From positions 64,001 to 128,000 of the forward strand of contig JBPOGF010000009.1 in the NCBI GenBank assembly GCA_051251915.1: a stretch of 64,000 bases of DNA, in the 5' to 3' direction. The stretch's first letter is position 1. Every line of letters begins with the position of its first letter. Source of the DNA: Akkermansiaceae bacterium (GTDB taxonomy: Bacteria > Verrucomicrobiota > Verrucomicrobiia > Verrucomicrobiales > Akkermansiaceae). Below, in pieces: positions 27,651-38,630 of the stretch. The notes below the pieces were generated by a model that saw only the letters and a program-made list of their open reading frames with translations, was not told the origin of the DNA and ran no database searches. The position numbers and the translations under genes were made by a program.

Positions 27651-28643
27651 ATGACCTACACAGCAGACCAAGACAGATACGACGGCAGAATGAACTACAA
27701 CCGCTGTGGCAGAAGCGGCCTTAAACTCCCTGAAATCTCCCTCGGATTCTGGCACAACTTCGGCGATGTAGATGACCTCACAGAATCTCGCGCCATCATG
27801 CACCGCGCATTCGATGCCGGCATCACCCACTTCGACTTCGCCAACAACTACGGACCACCTCCAGGCTCCGCCGAGACCAATGCAGGAGAGATCCTCAGAC
27901 AAGACTTCAAACAACACCGAGACGAACTCATCATCTCCTCCAAAGCCGGCTACCACATGTGGGACGGCCCCTACGGAGAATGGGGTTCTCGCAAATACAT
28001 CCTCTCCTCCCTGGACCAGTCACTCAAACGCCTCCAGATGGACTACGTAGACATCTTCTACCACCACAGACCAGACCCAGACACCCCACTAGAAGAATCC
28101 ATGGGAGCACTCGCCACCGCAGTCAACCAAGGCAAAGCCCTCTACGCCGGCATCTCTAACTACCCAGCAGAACTCGCCGCAGAAGCCATCACCCTACTCA
28201 GAGAAATGGGCACCCCATGCCTCATCCACCAAGCAAAATACTCACTCCTAGACCGCTGGATTGAAAACGGACTAACAGACACCCTAACAGACAGCGGCGT
28301 CGGTTGCATCGCCTTCTCCCCACTCGCCCAAGGAATGCTCACAGACCGCTACCTAGCAGGAATCCCAGCAGACTCACGCGCCGGAAAACAACACGGCTTC
28401 CTGCAGAAATCTGAAGTCGAAGAACAGAAAACAAAAATCATCCAACTCAACGAAATCGCCAAGCAACGCGGCGAATCCCTCGCCTCCATGTCACTAGCCT
28501 GGACGCTCAACCACCCAACCGTCACCTCCACACTCATCGGAGCCAGCAGCGTTGCCCAACTCAACGAAAACCTCACAGCTCTAAACAGCCCAGCCTTCTC
28601 AGATGGCGAACTCCTAGAAATAAACAGCATCCTAAAACACTAA
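27651..28643 (+). CDS. Aldo/keto reductase (YghZ/MgrA L-glyceraldehyde-3-phosphate reductase-like)
   Basis: SLGFWHNFG, FDFANNYGPPPGSAE, SKAGY, GPYGEWGSRKY, FSPLAQG. Confidence 0.92.
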   Translation: MTYTADQDRYDGRMNYNRCGRSGLKLPEISLGFWHNFGDVDDLTESRAIMHRAFDAGITHFDFANNYGPPPGSAETNAGEILRQDFKQHRDELIISSKAGYHMWDGPYGEWGSRKYILSSLDQSLKRLQMDYVDIFYHHRPDPDTPLEESMGALATAVNQGKALYAGISNYPAELAAEAITLLREMGTPCLIHQAKYSLLDRWIENGLTDTLTDSGVGCIAFSPLAQGMLTDRYLAGIPADSRAGKQHGFLQKSEVEEQKTKIIQLNEIAKQRGESLASMSLAWTLNHPTVTSTLIGASSVAQLNENLTALNSPAFSDGELLEINSILKH

Positions 28644-28666
28644 ACACCCCATTAAATCCTCCCCCC

Positions 28667-28921
28667 TTACCTACCCCGCATGCCTCTTATAAGCCACAAA
28701 ACCGCATAACCACAGATCGGAGCTATCTTTAAACTTCTCTCCTCAGCATAAGCCACCACCCCCTTCATCAACCGGCCCGCAGTCCCCTTGCCTCGCAAAG
28801 CAAGATCAGCCTCCACATGATGAATGCTCATCACACCATCCGCGATAGTGTAGTCAGCAAATGCCAACTTACCCTCCTCGCTTAATTCCAGCCGCTGCCG
28901 TTGCTGATTATCAATAATCAT
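28667..28921 (-). CDS. Small GNAT-family acetyltransferase (YjdJ-like)
   Basis: HVE...LRGKGTAGRL, KIAPICGY. Confidence 0.8.
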   Translation of the reverse strand: MIIDNQQRQRLELSEEGKLAFADYTIADGVMSIHHVEADLALRGKGTAGRLMKGVVAYAEERSLKIAPICGYAVLWLIRGMRGR

Positions 28922-29035
28922 ATTCTCACACGTTTAAACCCAGCCAGCACTCCCGCTCACTAGTCTACCTAACAATCAAGAAGCACTCATCTTGGTCGGA
29001 AGAACCTCCGCTCTCCCCACCTTAAGATGATCCAC

Positions 29036-29407
29036 CTAGTTGATAAACTTAATCGTCCCCACCTTAGTAGGATCCTCACCACGAGCCATTGCCTCATGCT
29101 GGGCATCAGTACAAGCACTATCAGTTGGCGCATCAGCAGCTTCCTCACTAGACTCAAGCAAACCATTCTCAACCATCCAATGCTCCACCTCTTCGCCAGA
29201 AACATCAGCTAGCATCGTGCCATTCACCTCCACACAAGGACTAAGCGGCTGGCCACTCTTCTGCTCCATTTCCCAGCGAAACGCAGGATTCTTAATGATG
29301 TCCTTCTCCTCAAACTCAAGGTTATACTTACGCATTACCGCGCGCACACCCTCACTCCATCCACAAAATGTTTTTAAATACGTTACAATTTTTATCTCTT
29401 GGCTCAT
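29036..29407 (-). CDS. Monothiol glutaredoxin-like protein
   Basis: CGWS motif, SGQPLSPCVEVNG. Confidence 0.85.
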   Translation of the reverse strand: MSQEIKIVTYLKTFCGWSEGVRAVMRKYNLEFEEKDIIKNPAFRWEMEQKSGQPLSPCVEVNGTMLADVSGEEVEHWMVENGLLESSEEAADAPTDSACTDAQHEAMARGEDPTKVGTIKFIN

Positions 29408-29627
29408 TTTCTTTATAATTCGTTGTTAAATTCTTCCTCAACCTTACCCAGACTTTCACCAAATGCAACCACTTGCCCCGAAAAGTAGGCAGAGAATGAT
29501 AAAAAATAGCCAAATTTACAATTTTTCGTAAAAAACAATTTGCAATTCCCTCTAAAATCAGATAGCTCTTCGCCCCGCAACTGCACCTAGAGTGCATTTC
29601 TCTAAAAATTTCAACACAGACATTCCG

Positions 29628-29972
29628 ATGAACATCATCAATAAAATCGAGCAAGAGCAGCTCAAAGACGACGTAACAGATTTCAACGTAGGTGACACAG
29701 TTAAAGTGCACACACGCGTTGTCGAGGGTGGTAAAGAGCGTATCCAGCTTTTCGCTGGACTCTGCATCGGCCGTAAAGGTTCAGGCGTTAACGCATCATT
29801 CACTATCCGTAAGATTTCATACGGTGAAGGAGTTGAGCGTGTATTCCCAGTCCACACACCACGTATCGCTAAGATCGAAGTTACTGCTCGCGGCAAAGTT
29901 CGCCGTGCTAAACTTAACTACCTTCGTGACCGCGTAGGTAAAAGCGCTCTCAAAGTGAAAGCCGCTGATTAA
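29628..29972 (+). CDS. rplS: 50S ribosomal protein L19
   Basis: [36 protein letters not shown]. Confidence 0.99.
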   Translation: MNIINKIEQEQLKDDVTDFNVGDTVKVHTRVVEGGKERIQLFAGLCIGRKGSGVNASFTIRKISYGEGVERVFPVHTPRIAKIEVTARGKVRRAKLNYLRDRVGKSALKVKAAD

Positions 29973-30011
29973 TCCAATTTTTTATAAGTTTTTTTCATAG
30001 TAAACTTAGTT

Positions 30012-30048
30012 AAAAATCGACCACTCATTGTAGTGGTCGATTTTTTTT
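30012..30048 (+). terminator. Intrinsic terminator after rplS
   Basis: aaaaatcgaccact-cattgt-agtggtcgatttttttt. Confidence 0.9.
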
Positions 30049-30202
30049 GCGCCCCCCCTCCTCTCCATCATACCAACCTCATGACACCCGCCACCCCACA
30101 AGCGCCCACATACATTAGCTCTCCTAAGCTCTCACAAATATTTATAACTCAGCCCCTAAATCCTGCTGTTCATCGGGCAGGTTTGTGCTAATTTTTTCAC
30201 AC

Positions 30203-31105
30203 ATGAGATTCCCTTGGTACATCTATGCCCCACTCAGCCTACTCGTCACCTTCCTGACGCTCTACCTCTGCGTCAAAGACCACGACATCGTCACCCCCCC
30301 GACCCCGCAAGAAACCGCTGAATCACTTCGCATCTGGAGAGAAGACAACCCCACCATCAGAAACACCAAGCTCACAGACATCCCACCCGCAACACCCAAA
30401 TCCCAACCAAAGCCTAAACCCGCAACACCCAAAACCACCCCCAAGCCCACCCCAGAACCAAAACCAAAACCAAAATCAAAACCCATCGTTAAAATCCCCG
30501 AGACCTCACCAGCCCTAAACTCACTAGTAAGGCTTAACCTCACCACCCAGCAACTCACCGCCTACGCTGAGAACATGCTCAAAAACAACAAACCCCAACT
30601 CGCGCGCATCGCCTACGAGCGCATCATCGACTGCGCCAAAGACGCCACTGCCAACAACCGAAAATCCGCCGCTACCGCCATCGCCAAGCTCCTAGACAAA
30701 ACCCCACTCTGGACCCCAGACCCATCAGCACGAAAAAAACTTACCCTCAACCTCACTCTAAATAGCACCTTCAGCAAAGAATCCGCAGACACCATCACCC
30801 AGCTAGAAACCCTCATCTTCGACTCCTCAGACGGCACCCTAGAACCCAACATAAAACTCACCTCCAGCACCGCCCCTCTCTCCTCACTTAACCTAGGAGA
30901 AGGCACACTACTCGTCACATTCAACATCAAAAACAGCTCAGAACTAAACCCTAAAATTCTATCAGCCCTCTACTACTCCATCAGAAACAAAAACAACCAA
31001 TCCCAAAAACTTACCTCCATCCCAGAAATCCCCACACACATCCCCCCCAAGCAAGCACTCCAGACCTACATCACCCGCCTCGCCTGGATCAATGCCGCTC
31101 AATAG
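30203..31105 (+). CDS. Hypothetical N-terminally anchored protein with Pro/Lys-rich linker
   Basis: Hydrophobic N-terminal helix, PKSQPKPKPATPKTTPKPTPEPKPKP tract. Confidence 0.75.
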   Translation: MRFPWYIYAPLSLLVTFLTLYLCVKDHDIVTPPTPQETAESLRIWREDNPTIRNTKLTDIPPATPKSQPKPKPATPKTTPKPTPEPKPKPKSKPIVKIPETSPALNSLVRLNLTTQQLTAYAENMLKNNKPQLARIAYERIIDCAKDATANNRKSAATAIAKLLDKTPLWTPDPSARKKLTLNLTLNSTFSKESADTITQLETLIFDSSDGTLEPNIKLTSSTAPLSSLNLGEGTLLVTFNIKNSSELNPKILSALYYSIRNKNNQSQKLTSIPEIPTHIPPKQALQTYITRLAWINAAQ

Positions 31106-31118
31106 AAAAATTAATTTT

Positions 31119-33641
31119 ATGAAATTCCCCAACACCTCAGCCACCCTCCACACCCTCGACAACGGACTCCGCATCATCCTAGATCCAGACTCCTCAGCCC
31201 CCGTCATCTCCACCCAGATCTGGGTCGCCACCGGCAGCATCCACGAAGACAACTTCATGGGCGCAGGAATCTCACACCTCCTAGAGCACATGGTCTTCAA
31301 AGGCACCAAATCCTTCACCGGTGAAGAACTCTCCCAGACCGTCCAAGCCGCCGGCGGACAATGGAACGCCTACACCAGCTTCGACCGCACCGTCTACTAC
31401 ATCGATGGCCCAGCTGAAAGCGCAGAAATCTTCCTCAAGTCTCTAACAGAAATGGTCTTCCACCCCACCTTCCCAGAAGACGAATACGAAAAAGAAAAAG
31501 ACGTCATCCGCAGAGAAATCGACATGGGCCTAGACGATGCAGACAACGCCTCATCCCGCCTCCTCTTCTCCACCGCCCTCGCAGACGACGCCCGCGCCCA
31601 GCCAGTCATCGGCCACCTAGACCTCTTCAACCGCATCACCCACGCAGACATGGTCGGCTACCACCGTGACCGCTACACCACCGAAAACGCCTTCATCTCC
31701 ATCTCCGGAGACTTTGAAACACCAGAAATGTTAGAAACTCTCAACACTCTAACAAAAGACATCAAACGCTCATTCACCAAAGCCGCCATCCCCGCCAGCG
31801 AACCCAAACAACTCGGCCAGCGTAAAGCCACCGGCACATTCTCTATCCCCGCCACCAAGCTAAACATGGCATGGCAAACCGTCTCACTCTCCCACCCAGA
31901 CTCAGCCGCCCTTGACCTACTCTCCGCCATCCTCGGCGGCGGCAGATCATCCAGACTCTACCAGAGCATCCGCGAGCAGCAAAACCTCTGCCACCACATC
32001 GGCTCATGGAGCTGGATCACACCCCAGCCCCCAGGCCTATTCTGCGTCAGCGCAGAAGCAGAAACACACCAGATCCCAGCCCTCCAAAACGCCATCTTCC
32101 AAGAAATAGACTCCCTCAGCCACGCCCAGCTAGACACCGAGCTCAGCAAAGCCAAGCGCATGTCCCTCTCCTCCCAGTTCGCCACCCTCACCACCGCATC
32201 CGGCAGAGCATCAGACCTCGCATCAAACTACCACGAAGCCAGAAACCTCAACTTCACCAGCGACTACCTCCAACGCATCGACCAGATCACCGAAGCCGAC
32301 ATCCGCCGCGTATGTAAAAAATACATCCTAGACCGCTCACTCCTCACCATCACCACCATAGATCCCATCGAAAAGGAATCAGACAAAAAACTTACCCCCA
32401 GCTCCACCAAAAAATCCACCCAGCGGGACATCACCTCCCACACCCTCTCCAACGGCCTCACCCTCCTCCTCTGCCCAGACCACCGCACCCCCACCGTCTC
32501 CATCCAATCCGCTATACGCGCCGGAATGCCCAGCGAGACCATCAACTCAGCCGGCGTATCCACCCTCCTCTCCACACTCCTAACAAAAGGCACAACAACA
32601 CGCTCCGGAGAAGAAATCGCCACCACCCTAGACTCCCTCGGCGCACGCATCTCAGCCTCCGGCGGCAACAACACCTCACTCGTCTCAGCCTCCTGCCTCA
32701 CCCCAGACCTAGACACCGTCCTAGAACTCTTCGCAGACACCTTCACCTCCCCAGCCCTCCACCAAGAAAATATAGACCACGAGCGTAACACCCAGATCTC
32801 AGCACTAAAAGAACAAGACGAAGAACCCGTCAGCCTCGCACTCCGCACCCTCAAAGAATCACTCTACTCTAACAACGGCTACGGCATCAACCGCCTAGGC
32901 TCCGAGGAATCTCTAACCCACCTCACCAGACTAAGCCTCCACGCCCACCACGCCTACCACTACAACGCCGCCAACACCTCAGTCGCCATCTTCGGTGACA
33001 TCGACAAAAACAACATCATCGACCTCGCAGAAAAACACCTCTCCGCCATCCCAAAAGGAAACAAATTCAACTACCCTAAACAAAAAATCACCCAAGGCAC
33101 CGAGACAAACCTCACCCTAGACAAACAACAAGCCATCCTCACCGTCGGCTACCAAGGCACCGCCGTCGGTGACCAACACCAACACGCCCTAGACCTCATC
33201 CACGCCTGGTGCGCAGACATGGCAGGCCCACTCTTCACCCGTATCCGAGAAGAACTCGGCCTCGCCTACTACTGCTCCGCCACCCAGTTCCACGGCTCCA
33301 ACACCGGCTTCTTCGGCTTCTACCTAGGAACCTCACCGGAGCAGCTAGACCAAGCCCGCACAGAACTCTTCAACACCATAGATGAAATCGCCACCAAAGG
33401 CATCCCAGAAGCAACCCTCAAAAACGTCAAAACCTCCTGGCTAGCCAAACAAGCCCTAGCCAACCAATCCAACGGCACCATGGCACAACTCTGCGCCATC
33501 GACACCACCCTAGGCCTCTCCCCACTCCACCACCGCCAAACCGCCGAGCACATAAAAGCCGTCACCCCAGAGCAAATCAAAGCCGCCGCCCAACACTACT
33601 TCGGCAACACCACCCCCACCATCGTCACAGTCAGACCATAA
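31119..33641 (+). CDS. M16 family zinc peptidase (fused two-module pitrilysin-like)
   Basis: HLLEH (HxxEH), WNAYTSFD, second module lacking the zinc motif, IREELGLAY. Confidence 0.93.
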   Translation: MKFPNTSATLHTLDNGLRIILDPDSSAPVISTQIWVATGSIHEDNFMGAGISHLLEHMVFKGTKSFTGEELSQTVQAAGGQWNAYTSFDRTVYYIDGPAESAEIFLKSLTEMVFHPTFPEDEYEKEKDVIRREIDMGLDDADNASSRLLFSTALADDARAQPVIGHLDLFNRITHADMVGYHRDRYTTENAFISISGDFETPEMLETLNTLTKDIKRSFTKAAIPASEPKQLGQRKATGTFSIPATKLNMAWQTVSLSHPDSAALDLLSAILGGGRSSRLYQSIREQQNLCHHIGSWSWITPQPPGLFCVSAEAETHQIPALQNAIFQEIDSLSHAQLDTELSKAKRMSLSSQFATLTTASGRASDLASNYHEARNLNFTSDYLQRIDQITEADIRRVCKKYILDRSLLTITTIDPIEKESDKKLTPSSTKKSTQRDITSHTLSNGLTLLLCPDHRTPTVSIQSAIRAGMPSETINSAGVSTLLSTLLTKGTTTRSGEEIATTLDSLGARISASGGNNTSLVSASCLTPDLDTVLELFADTFTSPALHQENIDHERNTQISALKEQDEEPVSLALRTLKESLYSNNGYGINRLGSEESLTHLTRLSLHAHHAYHYNAANTSVAIFGDIDKNNIIDLAEKHLSAIPKGNKFNYPKQKITQGTETNLTLDKQQAILTVGYQGTAVGDQHQHALDLIHAWCADMAGPLFTRIREELGLAYYCSATQFHGSNTGFFGFYLGTSPEQLDQARTELFNTIDEIATKGIPEATLKNVKTSWLAKQALANQSNGTMAQLCAIDTTLGLSPLHHRQTAEHIKAVTPEQIKAAAQHYFGNTTPTIVTVRP

Positions 33642-33653
33642 ACAAATTCAAAC

Positions 33654-35585
33654 CTACCCCCCAAGCCCCTCAATAAGCTCCCCATCAGCATAAGCCTGGA
33701 TCAGCCCCTCCAGCGCCTCTATCTGCTGCTGAATCTTGCGCCCACCCTCCGTCACCTTTACCAACCTAGGACTACTGTGCACCCTAATATCGCGCATCGT
33801 AGGAATAATATCCTCCCCAGTTCTAACCACTGACACCGGATCCTTAAACCCATGATGCTCCGCCAGCTGAATCCCATCTGGACTCAAAATTAACGTGTAC
33901 CCCCTATCCCCATAAGCCTCAGAAAAGGCACCATCAATAGTCACAGCATTCCCCCCACGCTTCACCGGGTCCTCCCCGCTCTCCACCTTCACCGGCACAT
34001 GCCCATTAACAATCAGCCCCATCTCAGGAACCCCCATCTCAGCACACACCTTATCACAAAAACCCTTATCATGAAGCTTCTCAAAATACGGATTCCGTAT
34101 CTCCTTACTCGCCGCCTTATCCGCCATGAAATAACTCTCAAACGTAGCCATCCTATCCTTCCCAAACAACGGCGACTTAGGCCCTGCCCACAAATAATAA
34201 AACCAATCCTTATCAGCTTCATCAGCCCTAGACCCCTTCCTAAACGCCCGCTTAATCACCCGGTTAAACGCACCAAACTGCTCCACCCCACCACACTCCT
34301 CACCATCTATCTCCAACGGCAAATACTCACCCTCATCATCCACAGCCAAACAAGCATGAAAGATCACTGCACGGTCACGCACCATCGCCATCTTCCCCCG
34401 CTCCGCTACCCAAGTCATATGCTCCCACAATCGAGAAGAACTCACAAACGACTCAACTAAACGATCCAAACAATGCTGCTCCTCCTCTGACAACCTATTC
34501 GGATCCGCCGGGTCCACAGTAGGGAAATACGTATCTCTCAACTCATGAGAAACACCATCCACATCCAGCGCCCCAAGCTCATAATCCACCCGCTTCAAAA
34601 CATTTCTATCCTCCATCTCCCACTCCGGATGCCTCTCCACCATCTGCCCCTCCAGCTTAAACTGAATCACACTAATAGCCTTCTGCATCCGTGAAATTAA
34701 CAACTCACTCCGCTCACCCCCACGCTTCGGCTTAAAATACTCCGCCGGATCATCCCCATACGCCTGATTTGCTAAAAGCTCCAACGGCTTCGTCAAAATC
34801 CCATATCCCTCCTCTAACTGAAACATCCTCCGATACCGAAGCGATACCCGCAACACAATCGCTATCAAAGCCTCATGCCCCAGACACGCCCCCATCCAGC
34901 TCACATCATGGTTCCCCCACACCAGCGAAACATTACTCTGCTTCATCAGATAATCCACCACCCAGTCCAGCCTCGCACCCCTATCCCCCAGATCACCAGC
35001 CACCACCAGCTCATCCACTGTCAAATTCCTAACAAATCTCGATGCCGCCCTCACCGCCAACAAATCCATCCTCCTATTCACCAGCTCCCGCACCTGAGTC
35101 GTCAAGAACACCTCATGATGCCCATCCGCAGGGAAATTCAACAACACCTCAAACAACTCCCTAAACTCCTTCGGAGCATGATGCCGTATTTCCTTCCTCC
35201 GTTTAGTCTTCAACATCATCCGGATCAAATCAAACTGCTTCCGTAACACATCCAACACCCACTCATACCGCTCTTCATCACAATCCCCAAACTCCTCCAC
35301 TTTCTTCTGCAACAACTCCGTAGGATAATACAACAAATGCAAAAACTCCTGGAACTCACCCTCATCCATCCTACCCGCAAACACCTCTCGCACCACTGGT
35401 CTCAGCCTCCCAGACGCATTATTGATTACATGCCGTAACTTCCTAGCCTCACCATGCACATCACTTATCACATGCACCACACCCTTCGGCATCTCCATCT
35501 GCGCCTTCAATGCCGCTATCTCAAACACAGCTGACTCAGCTGTAGGAAATGTCTTCGCCAAAATCTGATGTAATAATTCTGTCAT
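33654..35585 (-). CDS. fbp: Fructose-1,6-bisphosphatase class III
   Basis: SDVHGE, NNASG, GDLGDRG, WGNHD, SPLFGKDRMATFE, IVNGHVPVK, IDGAFS. Confidence 0.92.
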   Translation of the reverse strand: MTELLHQILAKTFPTAESAVFEIAALKAQMEMPKGVVHVISDVHGEARKLRHVINNASGRLRPVVREVFAGRMDEGEFQEFLHLLYYPTELLQKKVEEFGDCDEERYEWVLDVLRKQFDLIRMMLKTKRRKEIRHHAPKEFRELFEVLLNFPADGHHEVFLTTQVRELVNRRMDLLAVRAASRFVRNLTVDELVVAGDLGDRGARLDWVVDYLMKQSNVSLVWGNHDVSWMGACLGHEALIAIVLRVSLRYRRMFQLEEGYGILTKPLELLANQAYGDDPAEYFKPKRGGERSELLISRMQKAISVIQFKLEGQMVERHPEWEMEDRNVLKRVDYELGALDVDGVSHELRDTYFPTVDPADPNRLSEEEQHCLDRLVESFVSSSRLWEHMTWVAERGKMAMVRDRAVIFHACLAVDDEGEYLPLEIDGEECGGVEQFGAFNRVIKRAFRKGSRADEADKDWFYYLWAGPKSPLFGKDRMATFESYFMADKAASKEIRNPYFEKLHDKGFCDKVCAEMGVPEMGLIVNGHVPVKVESGEDPVKRGGNAVTIDGAFSEAYGDRGYTLILSPDGIQLAEHHGFKDPVSVVRTGEDIIPTMRDIRVHSSPRLVKVTEGGRKIQQQIEALEGLIQAYADGELIEGLGG

Positions 35586-35718
35586 ACAACCATTAAACTA
35601 AATTTATCAACATCAAACAATGTCAAATCAAGACATGACAAAAATTTACCAAAAACACCTGTTCCCACCCCAGCACATGCATAACACACGGCCAAAGCAG
35701 GGCAGATGGATTTTACTT

Positions 35719-36582
35719 TTATCTTTTTCTTCTTAGGATGAAGAGCATCCCAGACATACCTATTAGAAATGTCGAAGAAGGCTCTGGCACAGCAGACACC
35801 CTATTAATATCAGCACCAGCGGCAACTTCACTTGCTATCTTTTGCTGAAGTGATGCAGACACATCGCTAAATGTTGTAGTAACCTGCGTGAAAGCTTCAA
35901 CACCTCCAGAGCTACCAGCGATCACATTATCGATGAAATACTGATTTAGAGCACCACCTGCATTACCAATAGGCAACGCATTAATCATGTCTACTCCAGC
36001 GGCTATCGCAGCATCTCGTGCATTTCTTACATTGAGAGCTCGGTCACCTTCTGGCGGTGTGGCATTATCTTCACCGTCACCAGACACATCGATAATCTGA
36101 GCATTACTAGTAAACCCATTTTCCACAAGCCCACCAGTCTCAGTACCAAATGACGCAGTTCCAGCATCTAAGGCAGAACCTATCGCCGTAGATCCAGAGA
36201 ACGGCCTAGTCGTAGCTTCTATCAAGTCAGCGAAAGCCTCAGAACTAGCCTGATCATAAACATGAGTCCAGGCCACATCTAATGACTGATCAGCAGCACC
36301 AGACCAAAACATCAGACCGACAGCTATACCGCCTATGTCCCCGCCCTGTATCTCATCAACCATGCTACCACTATTAAATGCGTCAACATAACCATTCATC
36401 ATGAGGGTATATTCACTCGAGTCAACACTTCCAGACACATCAACCAAAAGCAAAAGCTCGGTATCCACTGCCTGTTGTGCCACTGCACTCATCGCACTAA
36501 GACCAAGACTTACACCTGCCGCAGCAAGTAGCTTGATCTGCTTTTTTCTATTTCTTATTCTATTTCTTATTCTATGTTTCAT
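35719..36582 (-). CDS. DUF1194 (vWA-like) protein with PEP-CTERM sorting signal
   Basis: ELLLLVDVSGSVD MIDAS-like, STAIGSAL, IDVSGDG; VPEPSS-TM-RRKR. Confidence 0.88.
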   Translation of the reverse strand: MKHRIRNRIRNRKKQIKLLAAAGVSLGLSAMSAVAQQAVDTELLLLVDVSGSVDSSEYTLMMNGYVDAFNSGSMVDEIQGGDIGGIAVGLMFWSGAADQSLDVAWTHVYDQASSEAFADLIEATTRPFSGSTAIGSALDAGTASFGTETGGLVENGFTSNAQIIDVSGDGEDNATPPEGDRALNVRNARDAAIAAGVDMINALPIGNAGGALNQYFIDNVIAGSSGGVEAFTQVTTTFSDVSASLQQKIASEVAAGADINRVSAVPEPSSTFLIGMSGMLFILRRKR

Positions 36583-36721
36583 TTTTTTGTTTCATTTATT
36601 GTTCGTTTGGGAGAATTGGGAGCAGCAAGCCACTTAAAATAAGCAACCATGCTACATTGAATCAGTGAGAATAATGCGTCTCAACGCCTTACCTCATGCC
36701 GAATCAGGAGAAATTTATAGG

Positions 36722-37444
36722 CTAAAACGTCATATGATTAACTACGGAAGAGTCACTTTTTACAGGACTAATATTGATCTGCACCTCGTTAGCTACCGGC
36801 GCTTCAGGCTCCACCACAGTTGAGCGCTCTTCCTGCACTGCATAGTTTTCAGGATTCGTCTTCATCAACTTGATGCCAGAAGCCACTGACCCCATACACA
36901 TAAAGATACACATCAACTTTAGATACGATTGATAAGGAAAACTGAATTTCTTAAACACTACACGGGAAAACAAATGCGGCAGCACTAGGCATAACAAGAC
37001 GACACCAAACAGAAACAAATATGGCATACTCTGAACTGTAAACCCCTTTAGTATCATCATCGCACTAATCACACTCACACTACTCAAGATGAGTATCAAA
37101 TTCCCAAAAATATTAGCACAAAGTTCATGCTGTTTTTTCTTAGACATCCTAGTTGCTGCATCATCCTGGACATGCTGATAACGTACAATTTTAGTTCTAT
37201 GACCAGCAGAGCCATTGACTGCAACCTTCACCCTCTCGTCAGCATCAACTAATTTAGAGCTAACCGCTTCAGGTTCATTAAGCATTGATACTCGCTTTAG
37301 GAAATACCTTGAAATCATCAAATCATAGTTCCCGTTACTCTCCCTCTCAGCCTCAGCTTTACACACAGCATGCAAATTACCACTAGCTATTTCGCTGTCT
37401 ATGATTGCCATCACGTCCGCGCCGTTTTGTCTTTTATTGTTCAT
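36722..37444 (-). CDS. Hypothetical membrane protein (about 3 TM helices)
   Basis: 240-aa ORF with three hydrophobic segments. Confidence 0.7.
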   Translation of the reverse strand: MNNKRQNGADVMAIIDSEIASGNLHAVCKAEAERESNGNYDLMISRYFLKRVSMLNEPEAVSSKLVDADERVKVAVNGSAGHRTKIVRYQHVQDDAATRMSKKKQHELCANIFGNLILILSSVSVISAMMILKGFTVQSMPYLFLFGVVLLCLVLPHLFSRVVFKKFSFPYQSYLKLMCIFMCMGSVASGIKLMKTNPENYAVQEERSTVVEPEAPVANEVQINISPVKSDSSVVNHMTF

Positions 37445-37540
37445 TCTCTATATTTCTTTCTAGTTTGGAGGATAAATTTTACTGTTTTATTAGCGGAAGG
37501 GGATAACAGGAGGTCTTAGTTCATCATTATTAAATTTCGG

Positions 37541-38089
37541 CTACATTTGCCTTTTTCTAAAAAATACAAAACTACCCGCTGAAAGCATAATCAACATTCC
37601 CGAAGAAGGCTCAGGCACAGCTTCAGCTCTCAACGTGTAGCTACCATCAAACTCTTCCGCCCCATTCGGCGAATACTGAAATGATTCATCTCTATAGAAT
37701 CTAAAAAATGTGTCCTCTATTCCGCTCTTGAGACCTCTGTTGTTCCAAATATCAAAACCCGTCAAAACACCGTCTGTGAAATATACGCGTGGATAGCCTT
37801 CGGATACATCATCCTCATGCGTATAACTATGACCATCTATGAACTCTACATACACTGATTCTAACCCCTCACCTATGATCAAGAATTCATCTCCCGTGTT
37901 ACTAAGCCTTGAGGTATCAACCGTTATACTGCCGTAGTAGTGATCACCCGCTTTATAATCTGCCGTATTAGGAGCCCCCAATAAAACAAGATCTATCTCG
38001 AACTTCAGGATTTGAGCAGATGAACTAATTGTGCATAATACTGTAGTCAGAATTACAAATAAAGTTTGAATCAGATTAGAATATTTCAT
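37541..38089 (-). CDS. PEP-CTERM sorting domain protein
   Basis: Signal peptide MKYSNL...SSA; C-terminal VPEPSS-TM-RKR. Confidence 0.85.
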   Translation of the reverse strand: MKYSNLIQTLFVILTTVLCTISSSAQILKFEIDLVLLGAPNTADYKAGDHYYGSITVDTSRLSNTGDEFLIIGEGLESVYVEFIDGHSYTHEDDVSEGYPRVYFTDGVLTGFDIWNNRGLKSGIEDTFFRFYRDESFQYSPNGAEEFDGSYTLRAEAVPEPSSGMLIMLSAGSFVFFRKRQM

Positions 38090-38559
38090 TTTTAACGTTG
38101 AGGAATGTTTTTTATAAAAAAAGAACCCAGTTGCGGTTACCTTTCGTATACAAAACATAATAAAATTTTATACTCATTACAACCATATAATTAATGTTTT
38201 CTAAATAAAAATAAGAAACCCCTCTAAATCAAACAAAAACACTCTCCAAAACAAACACAAACAAAGACACAACTACTTTACTTAGAGCAACTAACACACA
38301 CTAATTCATTAAAACACACTCCACAGCAAGCCAATCGTTATTTATTTAAAAAAATTAACAATTCAACTAGCTTCAGCTCTTTCACTCCCCCAAAACGACC
38401 ATTCACCTATTAAAATAACCACAGAAAAACTCTAGAAATCACCAACAAACCTAGCTCCACACTCCAAACCCAACATCCACCACTCTCCCCCACAGACCGT
38501 CTAGAGAATCTCGCAGAAATAGATAAATTCTAAAAAAACAGCCTTTTCCCCGAAAATGG

Positions 38560-38588
38560 TTGACCCACAGCCATTCTCAGCTTAAGAC
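38560..38588 (+). promoter_or_regulatory. Putative rplA-rplJ-rplL promoter (TTGACC-17 bp-TAAGAC)
   Basis: Hexamers with GC-rich downstream cgcaacccgc, about 100 nt before rplA. Confidence 0.5.
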
Positions 38589-38630
38589 CGCAACCCGCTC
38601 TGGCAGATTCTGTCAGAAATGCACAACACT

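Noticed and set aside
36548..36575. 12-bp tandem duplication encoding RIRNRIRNR in the DUF1194 signal region as a phase-variation tract
   Set aside because: Only about two copies and in frame; cannot switch expression
38160..38520. A/C-rich low-complexity intergenic stretch as a repeat array, CRISPR or RNA gene
   Set aside because: No periodic repeat unit, spacers or convincing pairing; consistent with the local strand skew
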